Shown here: positions 18,160 to 32,092 of the stretch, in pieces
Numbering within the stretch: position 1 is the stretch's first letter
How the letters are laid out: every line of letters begins with the position of its first letter
NCBI GenBank assembly: GCA_009914755.4
Contig: CP068257.2
Location: 13,152,001 to 13,216,000, forward strand
Source of the DNA: the human T2T-CHM13v2.0 reference genome, Homo sapiens
Direction: 5' to 3'
Length of the DNA: 64,000 nucleotides
The notes under the pieces: generated by a model
The model's input: the letters and a program-made list of their open reading frames with translations, nothing else
Told to the model about the DNA's origin: nothing
Databases searched by the model: none
Made by a program: the position numbers and the translations under genes

Positions 18160-19699
18160 AACTTATACACTCCACTGGAATCTTGATGAACCAATTATCT
18201 ATTTCATTCTTGGTAGTAGTGAGCTAGTAGAGATTACGCTATGTTAAGCCTATAATTTTATTATTTATTCTTTCCCCATTAGGAAACATTATTGTCAGGG
18301 ATGTTCTATAGTATACTTACGTAAAGTATTACCATACTTCATTCTTTTTTCTCTTGTAACTTCTTACACAGAAAAGAAATCTGGAATGGATTATGTGTCA
18401 GTTATTACATCAGGCCCAAGAGAACGTGTTGCTTTCACATGGGATGTGGCAAACTTCCCAGGGCCCCTAAATGGACTACTTAGGGAATCCCAAGCCCCAA
18501 AAAATGGTCCCTGGAAGATACCTGGTCTGTTGATTCACATCCTGGACTCATTTAATCATTGGTGTTTGTTCATTGGCTTAGCCAAGATGAGAGATGAGGT
18601 AATGATATCTGAATTTATCAGACAATTTTCCTTTCAATGTCATATAAATTTGTGGAGGATCCAAGTAAGACTCTATGTATTTATATGAGGATGCTCTCCT
18701 CACTGGACATGAATGTGGCCACCATTAATACTATATTCTTAAATAAAATAAAGACATCCTTCTTAGGTTGTTTGAGGCAGTAATTTCCAACTTCATTGCT
18801 TTATTTTGTTCGAAATAAACATTCTTCTCTATTTGCCAGCACTCATTATTCCTGAAAACAAAAATGCAAAATAAAAACAAAAGTGGTCTAGGACATATCA
18901 GGGGGAGACAGCCAGAATCCCTGACATCTATTGTTTGCTTCTTGATTGGTAATCATGGTGTTTGCTTGTAAACTAAACGGCTAAGAGGACTGAAAAGAAT
19001 CTCGAAATAGGTTTACAAGTGTTACCAGATTCAATAGTATATTTCTGAAGGTCAAGGCAAGCCAAAGGAGAAGAATTTTCTTGTTATCAGATGCCCAAAT
19101 GGTATCACCAACATCCAAATCACCACCAGCAATACTGGTAGTAGGGTAACATTTTGGAATTCTTAGTAAAGTCTCATTAATCAGACTTTTCTAATAGGAA
19201 ATTTGTGACTATCCAGACAGAAATTGAGTTAAATTTTACTTTTGTACTCTGAACGAGAATTGAAAATGTAAGCATAAAATATTAACCAATTTGAAATGAA
19301 TGTAAACTGTTTAATCACTTTATAATAGTATTGACAAACACATAGAGATAGAGAGCAGAATAGAAGAACAGTGTTAGACAGAGAGTAGAATGGAACTTAC
19401 TGGGTCAAAATGAGATGATGAAAAGTTCAGGAGATGGATAGTGGTGATGCTTGCCAAACAATGTGAATGTACTTAATGTTACTGAACTGTCTACTAAAAA
19501 ATGGTTAAAATGATAAAAGAGAAAAAATAGTACTGAATGCAAACAATTATTTCAAATCTTAGTTCAACTCCTATGTTCTTCCAAGTAGAACATATATGCT
19601 CTTAAAAATATTCTCTCATTTTGAAACATTGGACAATTCAATTCTACCTACCATAAACATTTATTTCCAGTAATCTGGAAATGTTAGTATACATAGTGC

Positions 19700-19925
19700 T
19701 GTGCCAGCCTGACTCAGTCGTTAGACTACTGGAAATAAATCCTCACTTCACTAGATTCTAGCTGTGAGAGTTAGACAAGTTTCTTAGTTTTCTCTTCTAT
19801 GAAATGATGCTGGTGATGGTAATTACCTTACAGGATCTTTATAAGATTTAAATGAATTCATATATGTAAAGCACTTTGAATAGTTCCTGGCATACAGCAA
19901 ACGTTCAATAAATGTCAGCTAATGT
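19700..19925 (+). mobile_element. MIR (mammalian-wide interspersed repeat) fragment
   Basis: Core-SINE motifs ...ttcttagttttctcttctatgaaatgatgctggtgatggtaattacc...atgtaaagcactttgaatagttcctggcatacagcaaacgttcaataaatgtcagc. Confidence 0.55.
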
Positions 19926-22689
19926 ATATTGTAATGGTATAACAAAAATGTGAAGTTTTGTTAGTATGGAAAACATGTATACATGGATAAAGTAGGGATA
20001 GCTATTTTTTAGATAATATACAAGTTGTGATGAAAGCAAATAAAATATGCTGAATAATTTGCGAAAACATTTTAATAAAACTATTCCAGTTGTTTAAGTT
20101 TAAAGGTTTATAGACAACTTATCTTTCTATTGTACAATGATTCTTCAACTGAAGAATAATGCTTATATATGTATGTCCTCTAAGCAGTAGACGATGCAGG
20201 ATAACAGCCTTTGCCACATTTCATTTGCAGACTATTAATGGGCAACAACTTTAATTGTTATTTATTTATGTTTAAAATTTAATGAAGATATGAATAATTT
20301 AAAATTTTTGTCATATTACAAAAGTGGAATATTAAACTTGCAATGTATCTAGCCATCTCATTTTCTAGAAGTATATCAAATGGAATTTATCACAGGAAAG
20401 ATTTATTTAAAATGTGAATAAGCATGAATAATGAATAATAGGAGTAGCCATTACCTATTAAAACTGCAATTACACAAAGAAGGAAATACTATACCAGAGT
20501 CATTATTTTCCTGTTCATAAATCTTATTGAAGGGACCACCCTTCTATGAACTGACACTAACTGTTTACTGCCTATTCCAAAATTTTCTCCAACTGTTGAC
20601 AAACCAATCACAAGGGTGCACAGCAGGGGATGGGACCATTTCTTCTACTAATCTTTTAGACCATTTCTCCTACGTATCTTGGCAGAAAACCTGTAACAGT
20701 TTGAACAGAATTGTGCACAATATGTGCAGCTCAGCCAAAACTCATTAAGTGCCTTTGTCTCATGCATCTTGTGAAACACAATATTGCACCCCTGATGAGC
20801 AATGCCTCCAAATGTTATGTTAACATTAAGATCACCAGAAACCATTAATTTACTAGTCAAATTACATCTCTCAGCAGCATTCAGACAATGTTCTGGGGAA
20901 TGATCTGCCTATCACCAAGTATAAATAAAATTTTAATGAGTGTTTTCCAGTACTTCAAACACAGGTTAAGAAAGTGCTCTAGAATATACTTCATGACTCA
21001 TGTGTTACAGGATAAGACTTTAATTTAAAGCTAACATATTCCGTACATTTTTTCCAGGTACAAACAGTATTTACACCGCTCTCTGGCTTTATTAAAAGGT
21101 GGCTTTCTTTCAGAGAATTAAGGGACGTCTTCAATTTTTAGCTCTATCTTCTTTTCATTGATGTCTATTTCCAGGTCCACATTTTACTTTGCCTCTGTTG
21201 CTGCATTGCATTCCACATCTGTATTTTCCCATGTCATAGGCTACTCCTAGAATGCCTTTTCTTACCTCAAATAAAGCCAACTACCAGTTATTTCCCTCTC
21301 TTTCTAACTGCTCTCAAAAATACACTCCATCAATGAATTATCTCTGACTAGCTAGAAGGCAGGGTGACCTCTTCCAATTCCCTTTGTTAGATATTCTCAA
21401 ACGGTCCTTGGTAACAGAAAGTGCAGTTATCACTATACCTTTCCACATATAAACATATTCATTATTTAAACTTACATTTTAAAATTAGGCTTGCTGTTTC
21501 TGTCCCAGATTATAAACCAAAAGCTATAAGGCTCTTTGCCTGACTTGGCATAGACTCTACAGCATCATCATATACCAAGAGGCATTTAATAAGTCGCATG
21601 CACATTGTTATCTACAAAATGTGGTAAACATAATAGCCAAGATGGTTAAATACTAATAAGTTATATTCCTCAACATTAGTCATTTCTTCAACTAAATTTT
21701 CTAGCATCCTTATTGTCTATCTTTACCTGGGACATAACCTTGATTGATAAGTGAGCAATACTTTATCTTCCAATGACAAAATCAAATAAACTACATGACA
21801 ACCTGAGCAATAAGGCAAAAATTGATCTTTAACGTTAATAAAAAAACCCCAAAATCATCAAAAAATAGATCAATTTAGCCATTGACTGTGGACAAGGCCA
21901 TCACATATAGGTCAAAATTCAACTGCGTTTGATCTAACAATCAAGAGGTCATTGTTTTCCCTTTGCCATTTGCTAAATTCTAGCTTCAGTCTGTCTCCTT
22001 TACTTCATTTTTTAAAGCATCTTAAGGCAATGATAATATCACATTTATTGATTTTGAAAATAATTCCAATTTAGAAAATAGTTATAAATGACAAAATTTT
22101 ATTGGTTTTGTTTTTAATAGATAATGGGCTAAGATATAAAAACATATTTTACAAATGTAAAATCCTCTTATTTTGAGTAACAACACAAAACGAAATACTG
22201 CTTCCTAATTTGCTGATAAATATATTAAAGGAGAAGGCAAATAAAATGATTTGTACAAGCAGCTGAGCTCATCATTCAATAAAATCCATAAGAATGATAG
22301 GTCATGTCCTATAATGGTTATTTCTAGAGACCTGAACGTGGCAATAATATAAGATCAGCCTTATTCAGAATTCGTGGCTGATGATTCAGACCAGAAACAA
22401 ATGAAAGCTTAGAACAACTTCTCAAAAGTTAGTGCTCAGTTTTGTAGCAAATACATTTTACTATTTTTTAAAAATATTTTTAAGCCTCAATAAAGAAGGA
22501 TTAAAAATATGAAAGTTCACAAGAATGTTTGCTCAAAAAAATAACAAGTTAGAAAAAAACAATCAAATGAAGACTTTGGAGCAAAGACATTAATGGCATG
22601 AAGCCTGTGATTAAATATGATGACTGAGGGATGATTCTGAAGCCTAATCACCTAGCACCAAATTGTACCTGTCCTGCCTTCTAGCTGGG

Positions 22690-22850
22690 CAATTAGGAAA
22701 ACTTCCTTAAGCTCTCTTGCCTTCTTTCTCTCATTGGCAAATAGGGATAATAACAGTACCTACCTCAAACACTTACGTGTTAATACAGACACAGCTCCTA
22801 TAACAGTGCCAGGTACATAGGATGTGCTACATTTGATTTTTTATTATTAT
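22690..22850 (+). mobile_element. MIR fragment
   Basis: ...gggataataacagtacctacctcaaacacttacgtgttaatacagacacagctcctataacagtgccaggtacatagg... matches the MIR 3' half. Confidence 0.6.
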
Positions 22851-22918
22851 TTCTGATAAGCTTTCATCATATCTTTAGTGCATTTTCTAATGGCATCTGT
22901 TTGTTTTCTTTCATTTGA

Positions 22919-23182
<264 letters not shown>

Positions 23183-24177
23183 TGAGACCTATTTCAGTGA
23201 AGCGTTCTTTTTAAAGTAGCAATTGAAAGTCCCCAACATGATGAGTCCACCGGGGTGAATAGTCTTCAACTGAAAGCCAGAGATAAAAAAAGAAATTTCT
23301 AAATATTAAAAATGCCATGATGATAACTTTGAAACTTAATTGCAAAAGATGGCGATAGCAATATCTAAAATGGCAATTGTCTGAAATGAGTGCCAATTAA
23401 AGGTCACAGGAACCTACAAAAAGGCTATGAGTGCTCCATTACACATTGCTAATTTGAGTAAATAGGGAAAGCGGCATTTATATGCAAATTGTGCGAAGAG
23501 AACATATTGCAAATATATTTCTACAGCTATGTTACCCATTTTCCTACTGCGTGTCTAATGAACAAGGGAGTTCCAGTCTTTATTAATAGCCTGTAGGATT
23601 AGCATTTGCTTTACAAAGAAATTGTCAATAAAAGAAAGGGGAGTTCCCAGAAGTTACCCACTCTACGAATCAGCACACTTACTACTAACACATGGATTTC
23701 AAAATTGACCAACACAGAATCAGAAACCTGTACCACAGTGTTTTAAACACTTCAGGCATGGAATGTAAAATGAGCACTAGCCGTGTCCTAAGAACAAATG
23801 TATTTTGAGCAAGAAAACATTTCAAAACTATCTTTGTTGTGTCCTAATGCTTCAAGCACTTTGGCCAAACAGTCCTACCATGTAAGTATCCCCCCCACTG
23901 GGATGCAATGGTTGAGGAAATTTCAAAATAGCTGTATCCTTTTAAGGAAACTATTCCTGTTGTTCGCTAAGGCAAAAGCTTGCGTGTAGATTTGTCTTCA
24001 AAGATCTTTGTCAACAGGTGTTAATAAGTTTGTTAATATCACAATTGGCTACTCTTTATGTACATTAAACACTAAGTATTAGAGAATAGAGTGATGATAT
24101 GTAGAACTTGCTATATAGAATTATTAATTTTCCATTTTTTCTGAGAAGCCTGCTGCCATTAAGGAACATCAGTTGGC

Positions 24178-24200
24178 AAAAAAAAAAAAAAAAAAAAAAA
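24178..24200. repeat. Poly(A) tract (23 A)
   Basis: Seen directly. No recognisable retroelement body upstream. Confidence 0.9.
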
Positions 24201-27200
24201 TCACTATCCCCTACAGCACCACTTCTGCGGTAGCTTTCTAGAAACACCAAACGCTACAAGCTTCTTAGGGATGAAAACAGTTTTTTATGCAAACATAGAT
24301 GAGGGCTTCACTTGGTGCCTTTTCAATTAACAGTTCTCAACAAAACCATTTCTGTACTGATTATTTCTGACTCTCTTCTATTTTGAAATGATTTCTCTGA
24401 CCAAAATTTATGTTGAAAAAACTCACAAAGATAAAGAAAATGTTACCTGTTTCCATAACACAATTTTTAATAGCATTTTCCTCTAAGATAGGCCAATTGT
24501 TTTTTTCTTATAGAATGTATTTCTCATGAAAAACTATTTTAGACATGAGAAGGTATTATTTTTCAAATGAATCATGACAGAATTTTTGTGAAGATGCTAC
24601 ATTACCCATACGAGGAACACTGTTTCACATTTTCCAGGTATTTTGGAATCCTACCTTGAGGAGAAATTCAACAGAAGACACTGTGGTCAGGACCTCTCTA
24701 GCTAAATGAAAAATTGACATAATTTTCTTCTACAGACAGCCTTAAAAAAATATTTATTCAATTCTCCAGATAATTTAGATAAAAATGATGTTTGGAGTTT
24801 GATTTGACTAAAAATATCACCTTTCCTTCAGCTATTTGACTATATGGACATGACCTCAGATGAACACAGCAGAAATGTGGAGTTTAGGTCAATGAAAAGA
24901 AATTAATTTATAAAATCTAGTGTTTCCAATTCTAGTGATGGCTTAGGAAACTTCACTTTCTCTGTTGATAAGAAAAATAATTATTAGTGATAGATTAATA
25001 AAATAACTTTAAAACCATGTATTTGACAGTTTAAGTAAAGTTTATGCTGTATAAGTTCAAATTTTACTGCCTTTTTAATAATGTGTAAATCATGTTGACA
25101 CTTGTAAGAAAAATGTCCATATTATTTTAAGTCCAAATTTTACTGCTTTATCATTTCTATTACGTATTTTGGAAATGGAAATCTTTTGACCTTAAAATAA
25201 TCAAGTAATAAAATAAAGTAGTAAAAGAAATTGAAAAGCCGTGCATCTGACTCTTTATTTCAAACCATTAAGATGGAAGTAAGAAAAAAATTGATGACTT
25301 CTATTCATAACCAATTGAAAAAGGAAGGAAATCTCTCTTTAGCCTGAAAGTGTATATCTAGATGAGAATGACCAAAAATGGATAAGCTCTGGTTGGTCAA
25401 TATAATGAGTAGTTACTGATGTACTGATATTTTTAATAGCTTAGCCTAGATGGTATTACTTTTGTAAGTTATATGTAAGAAATTATTTGGCTATTCACTA
25501 AACTTATTTTCCAAAAAGTGCTTTCTATTTCAGAAGCACTATGTTACAAATACTGTATCATAAAGAAAAATAAGAAAGGATAATGTCCTCTACCTTTGAA
25601 ATCTCAGTAACATTTTAATGTTAACAATGGTCTGCTTCTTTTTATATCAATGCTAACATAATACTGAACAGTCTTGCTTGAAAAAAATTCAAAAAGAAGA
25701 TAATGAAATATCCCAGAAATTTGTCACATTGTAGAAAGAAAGCCGCAATAAAAAATGTGAGATCCCTTTACACAACATATTTCTTAGCATTTGATCAGAA
25801 AGCTTTGTTATTGGCACTCACGTAATATTTCAATATAATTACCATGTTGTCTGCTAATCATTACTCACTAACTAAAATTACTAAACACAAAAACTATGCT
25901 TATTCCTATGAAAATATTCAGTTAAGGAGTTTCAAAGCATAAAATCTTTATTTTTAATATTACCTATTACATATTAAATCAAATGAATTAGAATACTAAT
26001 CCTGAGAAGTAACTGCTTACAATATAAAAATAGTATATCTAAATCTATTACTGATCTACGATTATTCTTCAGTCCAGTTCCCTGTACAAATCCAATCTGT
26101 GTCCAAGCTTATTTAAAGATGTCAATCTCATCAGAATTTAAATATGACACAGCATTATAAAACATATCTGGTTACTCAAGATTTCTACTAGCAAACATGG
26201 CTTTAAGCAGACCCCAAAGGCAAACCCTGCCAGAGGGGGGATTCTGTATGCCTATCCTTTTCCAAATTCATCTCACTAGAGTGACCGAGCCACCAAAGAC
26301 AGGCCACATCCCTGAAATATTGCTTAGCCCTTGTGTTGAACTATCGGGCATTTTGATACCTTTTCAGAGTTGCAGTCCACATTTCCCCAGTATTGGTTTC
26401 CATTTTCACGACTATTACAGGCTATTCTTTGAAAATTGTGTTTATAAGGGAAAATATAAAGTTCTCATCCATTGAACAGACCAAACTCCTAAGCTCAATA
26501 TATTTTTATCTTCTATGTATTTATGGTCCATGGCTGCCCTTCAGTTAAAGAATAAAAAACTCAAGTGAGATAAAGCATCAAAATATATATTATAGTTCCA
26601 TTTAGGTTTTAGCTTAGAAGGCCAAGGACATTGCCACTTAGGGAGAATCTCTGCCTCTCAACAAATCAAAGTGTATTTGCTTTGATTAGTTTCTTAACTG
26701 AAATGAAAAGGTAATTTGGATCATTTGTTGAACATACCAAACCCACTGGTAAATTCAGCCAATCAGCTATAAGGAGTAAAACAGGCAGTTAATATAATTT
26801 GTATTAATCATAACCACTGCAATTATGTAAATGTAGCTTGAAATGTTATGTGTTAATTTAGTATGCTACTGTTGCTTCTAGAGAACCTACGAATTTCTAA
26901 ACTCAAAGGCACCTCCAGAATTCCTGAAAGGTGTTGACACTGTCATCAGTTATGTTCCCAGATGACTTGGGTATTACGGGCTAAAAGCTACATTTTGTCA
27001 CATCTCACAAATATATCTGTGGTTTGACTCCAACCTAGTACTCTGGTTAAGCACAATTAAATAAACAAGCATAATTTATCCCTTATATTACATTAAGAGT
27101 TAGTGAACAGAGGTTATTCATTTACATCTAGGGGCCGGAGAAAAAAGAAGCACTCAATTGTCTTTTAGAATGTTTAGCCCTGAAATCTATTTTTGTACAT

Positions 27201-27879
27201 GAGTCTTAGATGCCTTCTGGATAAGGGCTCAGATCATTACACCAAAATGCATTAGTCTATGGCAAAAAAAAAAAAAAGAGTTTGATTATGTGAATGAAAC
27301 TAAACAAAAATCCTGGGTCCAGAGGAATGCCTTAAAACTAGGATAAGAAAATTGTGTTCTCACATACTATAAAAATACAACTTCAGGGACATCTATCTCT
27401 GGTTTTGGTTTTGTAATTTTAAGTTTTAGTCAAAAATTATTGCTCAGTCATGTCTTTTTTCTCTTCCTATTCCAGAGATATATCTCATGTGATGTAACAA
27501 GACGAAGGCTGTTAAGGCAGCTGCTCAAAATAAAAAGTCTCTAAAAAGCAATAGCTTCAGCTGTATCAAGTCTTCCCTGTGGAGCCATATTCAGGCACAT
27601 GAGCCAAACACATATCATGCGTCTTCTTCCTCTTGTACAAACTGAAAAACCAAAACACTAGGGGAAAGAGAAGACAGTAAAATCAACATTAGGCTTGTCA
27701 AGGCAACTTAATTATTTCGCCACAAATTATTGAATTTTATGTCATGGACTCACCCAAAATTATGTATTCTTATAAAGTAAGCATCTTTGATAATAGATAT
27801 TGCTATTTAACTTATGCCTTATCTTCAATTTAGAAACTGCAGTGTTTTAATGTCCCACATTTTAGATAATAAATGGAGT

Positions 27880-28198
27880 CCCCCATGTATAGCAGCATGA
27901 TTTATAGTCCTTTGGGTATATACCCAGTAATGGGATGGCTGGGTCAAATGGTATTTCTAGTTCTAGATCCCTGAGGAATCGCCACACTGACTTCCACAAT
28001 GGTTGAACTAGTTTACAGTCCCACCAACAGTGTAAAAGTGTTACTATTTCTCCACATCCTCTCCAGCACCTGTTGTTTCCTGACTTTTTAATGATTGCCA
28101 TTCTAACTGGTGTGAGATGATATCTCATAGTGGTTTTGATTTGCATTTCTCTGATGGCCAGTGATGATGAGCATTTTTTCATGTATTTTTTGGCTGCA
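27880..28198 (-). mobile_element. Inverted 5' segment of a young L1PA2/3-like insertion (ORF2 C-terminal region in reverse orientation)
   Basis: Minus-strand ORF 27862-28182 translates [98 protein letters not shown], near-identical to L1HS ORF2 C-terminus. Confidence 0.9.
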
Positions 28199-28744
28199 TA
28201 TACCCAAAGGATTATAAATCATGCTGCTATAAAGACACATGCACACGTATGTTTATTGCGGCATTATTCACAATAGCAAAGACTTGGAACCAACCCAAGT
28301 GTCCAACAATGATAGACTGGATTAAGAAAATGTGGCACATATACACCATGGAATACTATGCAGCCATAAAAAATGATGAGTTCATGTCCTTTGTAGGGAC
28401 ATGGATGAAATTGGAAACCATCATTCTCAGTAACCTATCGCAAGAACAAAAAACCAAACACCGCATATTCTCACTCATAGGTGGGAATTGAACAATGAGA
28501 TCACATGGACACAGGAAGGGGAATATCACACTCTGGGAACTGTGGTGGGGTGGGGGGAGGGGGGAGGGATAGCATTGGGAGATATACCTAATGCTAGATG
28601 ACGAGTTAGTGGGTGCAGCGCACCAGCATGGCACATGTATACATATGTAACTAACCTGCACAATGTGCACATGTACCCTAAAACTTAAAGTATAATTAAA
28701 AAAAAAATAAAAATAAAAGAAAAATAAACAAGAAAAAAAAAAAG
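28199..28744 (+). mobile_element. Direct 3' segment of the same L1PA2/3-like insertion (ORF2 end, 3' UTR, long patterned poly-A tail)
   Basis: tacccaaaggattataaatcatgctgctataaagacacatgcacacgtatgtttattgcggc... through ...gatgacgagttagtgggtgcagcgcaccagcatggcacatgtatacatatgtaactaacctgcacaatgtgcacatgtaccctaaaacttaaagtataattaaaaaaaaaa. Diagnostic triplet GAG (not Ta ACA or pre-Ta ACG) suggests L1PA2-3. Very few differences from my recollection of the L1HS consensus. Confidence 0.95.
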
Positions 28745-31050
28745 CATCAGAAATAAAACTTGCCTGCTTTTCCAATCAGAGGCAACTCAACTGTGTAGTC
28801 ATCTAGGAAACCACCAGGGACTTCACAGATGAAGTTTCAGATGATACAGCCAATTTCAGTTTCACCTAACAGAAGCAAGAATAAAATTTAACTTTCCCAG
28901 CGTTTGATTAAATGAGTATTTTGATTCATTCTATTAGAATTCTACATAACTGGTAATATAAGTGTGCCACCCAAGCAATAGCGTTATGAAATCAAGAAAT
29001 GACTTTTGCTGGGAGCTTAACTCTAGAACCATCTTTGTTTCAAATGTATGACATTAGAGAAAAATGATTAGCCTCAGACCAAATAAATTGTATATTTAGT
29101 CATATTCACCACGGCTATGAATTTCAGTTCAGAATTCTGTCATTTTATTTCACTCACCAAATTCCTTAAGACTGAATATATGCCATAGTATCATATGCAT
29201 AAATGATGGTAAATGGCTTAGAAAAAAACAGAAAGTGGAAACACTCATATTCTTTCACCCAATGATGTACAGTTCCTGAGAAAATGTCTGAAGAAACTAA
29301 TAAACAACAGCATCAAAATAAACATATGTATAAACATGCTCCATACATTACTAATAATTTTAAGAGAAAAATAATTCTACATGTTTGCTAAATTATGTTA
29401 TATTCATTATGTGCCATATTACATAACTGTTAAAACTATGGAAAGGTGTATATTGTTATATGAAATAAGGAAAAGACAATATTTGAAGTTGCTGTTTTAG
29501 TTTGCTCACTTCTCAGTGCTATCTGTTCTCTCTCATTCCTCTTGTGAATTGCTAATACTCTGATCACCAATAATCTCTTAATTGTTCAATTCTGTGCCAC
29601 TGTCAAGTTGTTATTTTGGGTGACTTCAACAAAAGACAAAATAAACTCCACCATTTCTGCCACCACCCTCCCTTCCCTCATTTCCTACCACTCCTCTCCC
29701 TCTCCCCCACCCACCCCAAAATCACATATACTTTGCTCCTTTATTTGTGTTCTTGAGTCAGAAATTTGGAGATGTTCTCCTACCCTCTAAAATTATCTCC
29801 TAAATATCTGTTTAAATCCTGAGTTCGTCTCTATCTCCTGCACCAGGTTGTCTTAGTTCAGGCCCTCATAATCTCTTCCTTAAACTACTGCAACTGCCAC
29901 CCTCCTCATCTGCTTCCAGTTCCTCCCCAGCCTAATTCATCCTCCACCTTCCTACCATGTGCTTTTCAAAAATCTATTTCTGATCATGTCACTTTCTCTT
30001 TAAAATCATTGACTCCTTCAAAGTAAGAGATGCTCAAATAGTTTGTATAGCACGCGAGAACTTTCTCGCACCCCTCCTTTTCTCAATCGCCTCATTTCTC
30101 ATTGTTATGTACCATACCCCGTACTCTTTCTCACATGGAACTACTCGCATCTTCCCTAGATTCCACGACCTATCAGAAGCCCTGTCTGGTCTGTTTTTCA
30201 CCTCATTTGCCCCATGGACTCTCCTGTGTTCCCCTTTATAAATTTGAAAGCACTCTTTACATTATTCTAAGTTAATGGTTTATGTATGGATCTTTTTCAC
30301 TGCCTATAACCTGTGGTCAGGCATATTTATTTTGTAATACCAACTATATTATAGCACCTGGTACTGAGTAGAAACTTAATATTTCTTGAATGAATGAACA
30401 AGCAAATAAATAAAGGACCTGCAACTATGCAAAATATGCATAGATTAAAAGTAAATGTGGGAAAGTAAAAACAGCTAAGTTCTAATAAGTAAATAAAAAC
30501 TTTTTTCTGTTTTTAGTTAATTTTTGAGCAAACTACTATTCAAAATAAAATATCTTAAAAATCTATAGTAAATGCCTACTTTACTTTCATTGATCAGTAA
30601 ATGCTGATTAGCAATACTCTCACTGCTTATATCACCAGTAACTTTTGTATAGACTAGAGCAAAATTAGATTTTTTAAAACAATTTTTAGGCCAAGTAGAT
30701 TTCCTGTGTAAAGAATGATTGGCCCAAAGTCACGATATATTCAAATCATTTAAGATATTATAATTTGGTCGTTTTCTTCTTATTTAAAATGAACAGGCAA
30801 TTTCCAAAAGGTTAGTTTAAGGTTTCTATCCTAAGTAGCAACCTTTGCAAGCTCATATATGCAGTTCTGTCTGTATGCAGAATGTGAAATTGCAAATGGG
30901 AATGAAATGCTCATCAATCAAACATCAAATACCAACAGAATCCAGGAAACACTTTGCATTTCCAATTATTCTATATCACTTTACATATCCCAAGATCACT
31001 GGCACATAAAACACCCTGTGAGAGAGAATAAAATATTGCGCTTTCTTAGA

Positions 31051-31110
31051 TTTTATATATATTTTATATATATCTGTATATATATCTCTATATATAGTTA
31101 AAGATATATA
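31051..31110. repeat. TA-rich simple/low-complexity repeat
   Basis: ttttatatatattttatatatatctgtatatatatctctatatatag seen directly. Confidence 0.6.
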
Positions 31111-31123
31111 AAGAGAAGAATAG

Positions 31124-31437
<314 letters not shown>

Positions 31438-31866
31438 AGAGATATTATCTCTTTAATCTGCCATGATTTGTCATGTATCTCAACTGATACTACTTTCCAC
31501 AGAAATATACTTTGCCTTTGATTTTATCATTAGCTAAAGTTACAGTGGAAAAAGCAAAAACAATAAATCTTGTATTATTATCGATCTATAAAATAATACA
31601 AGAGCAGGAGCCTAAATATTTTTTAGTCCTTACTTAAATCATATGATAGCAGTATTTTCCCACTATGCTGGCTGACATCCTCCCCTCATGGCCTAAGAAG
31701 CTTAGAACTAAATTAAAAACTGTAGAGATTATCTAGTCCAGTACTTCCCACCTTTTGCATGCCCTGTTACATTGAAAATAGTAATATTTAAGCAGAATAC
31801 TATGGGAGAGGAGTGATTACATGTGAACTACTATAGGTCACTGCTCTTAAAATCTTAGGCCAGGCA

Positions 31867-32092
31867 CGATGACTCAGACCTGTAATCCCAGCACTTTGGG
31901 AGGCCAAGGCAGATGGGTCATCTGAGGCCAGGAGTTCGAGCCCAGCCTGGCCAACATGGTGGAACCCCATCTCTACTAAAAATACAAAAATTAGCTGGGC
32001 GTGATGGCAGATGCCTGTAATCCCAGCCACTGAGGAAGGCTGAGGCACGAGAATCGCTTGAACCCAGGAGGCGGAGGTTGTAGTGAGCCAAG
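31867..32092 (+). mobile_element. Alu, plus strand, 3'-truncated at about consensus position 235 with no A-tail beyond AAAA, perfect 11-bp flanking direct repeats
   Basis: ggccaggcacgatgactcagacctgtaatcccagcactttgggaggccaaggcagatgggtcatctgaggccaggagttcgag...ggaggcggaggttgtagtgagccaag. aaaatcttagg occurs at 31858-31868 and 32093-32103. Confidence 0.9.

Noticed and set aside
18386-18688. 100-aa ORF ending at a GAG|GTAATG donor-like site
   Set aside because: No recognisable domain and a low-complexity context, so this is most likely a chance ORF in unique intronic or intergenic DNA.
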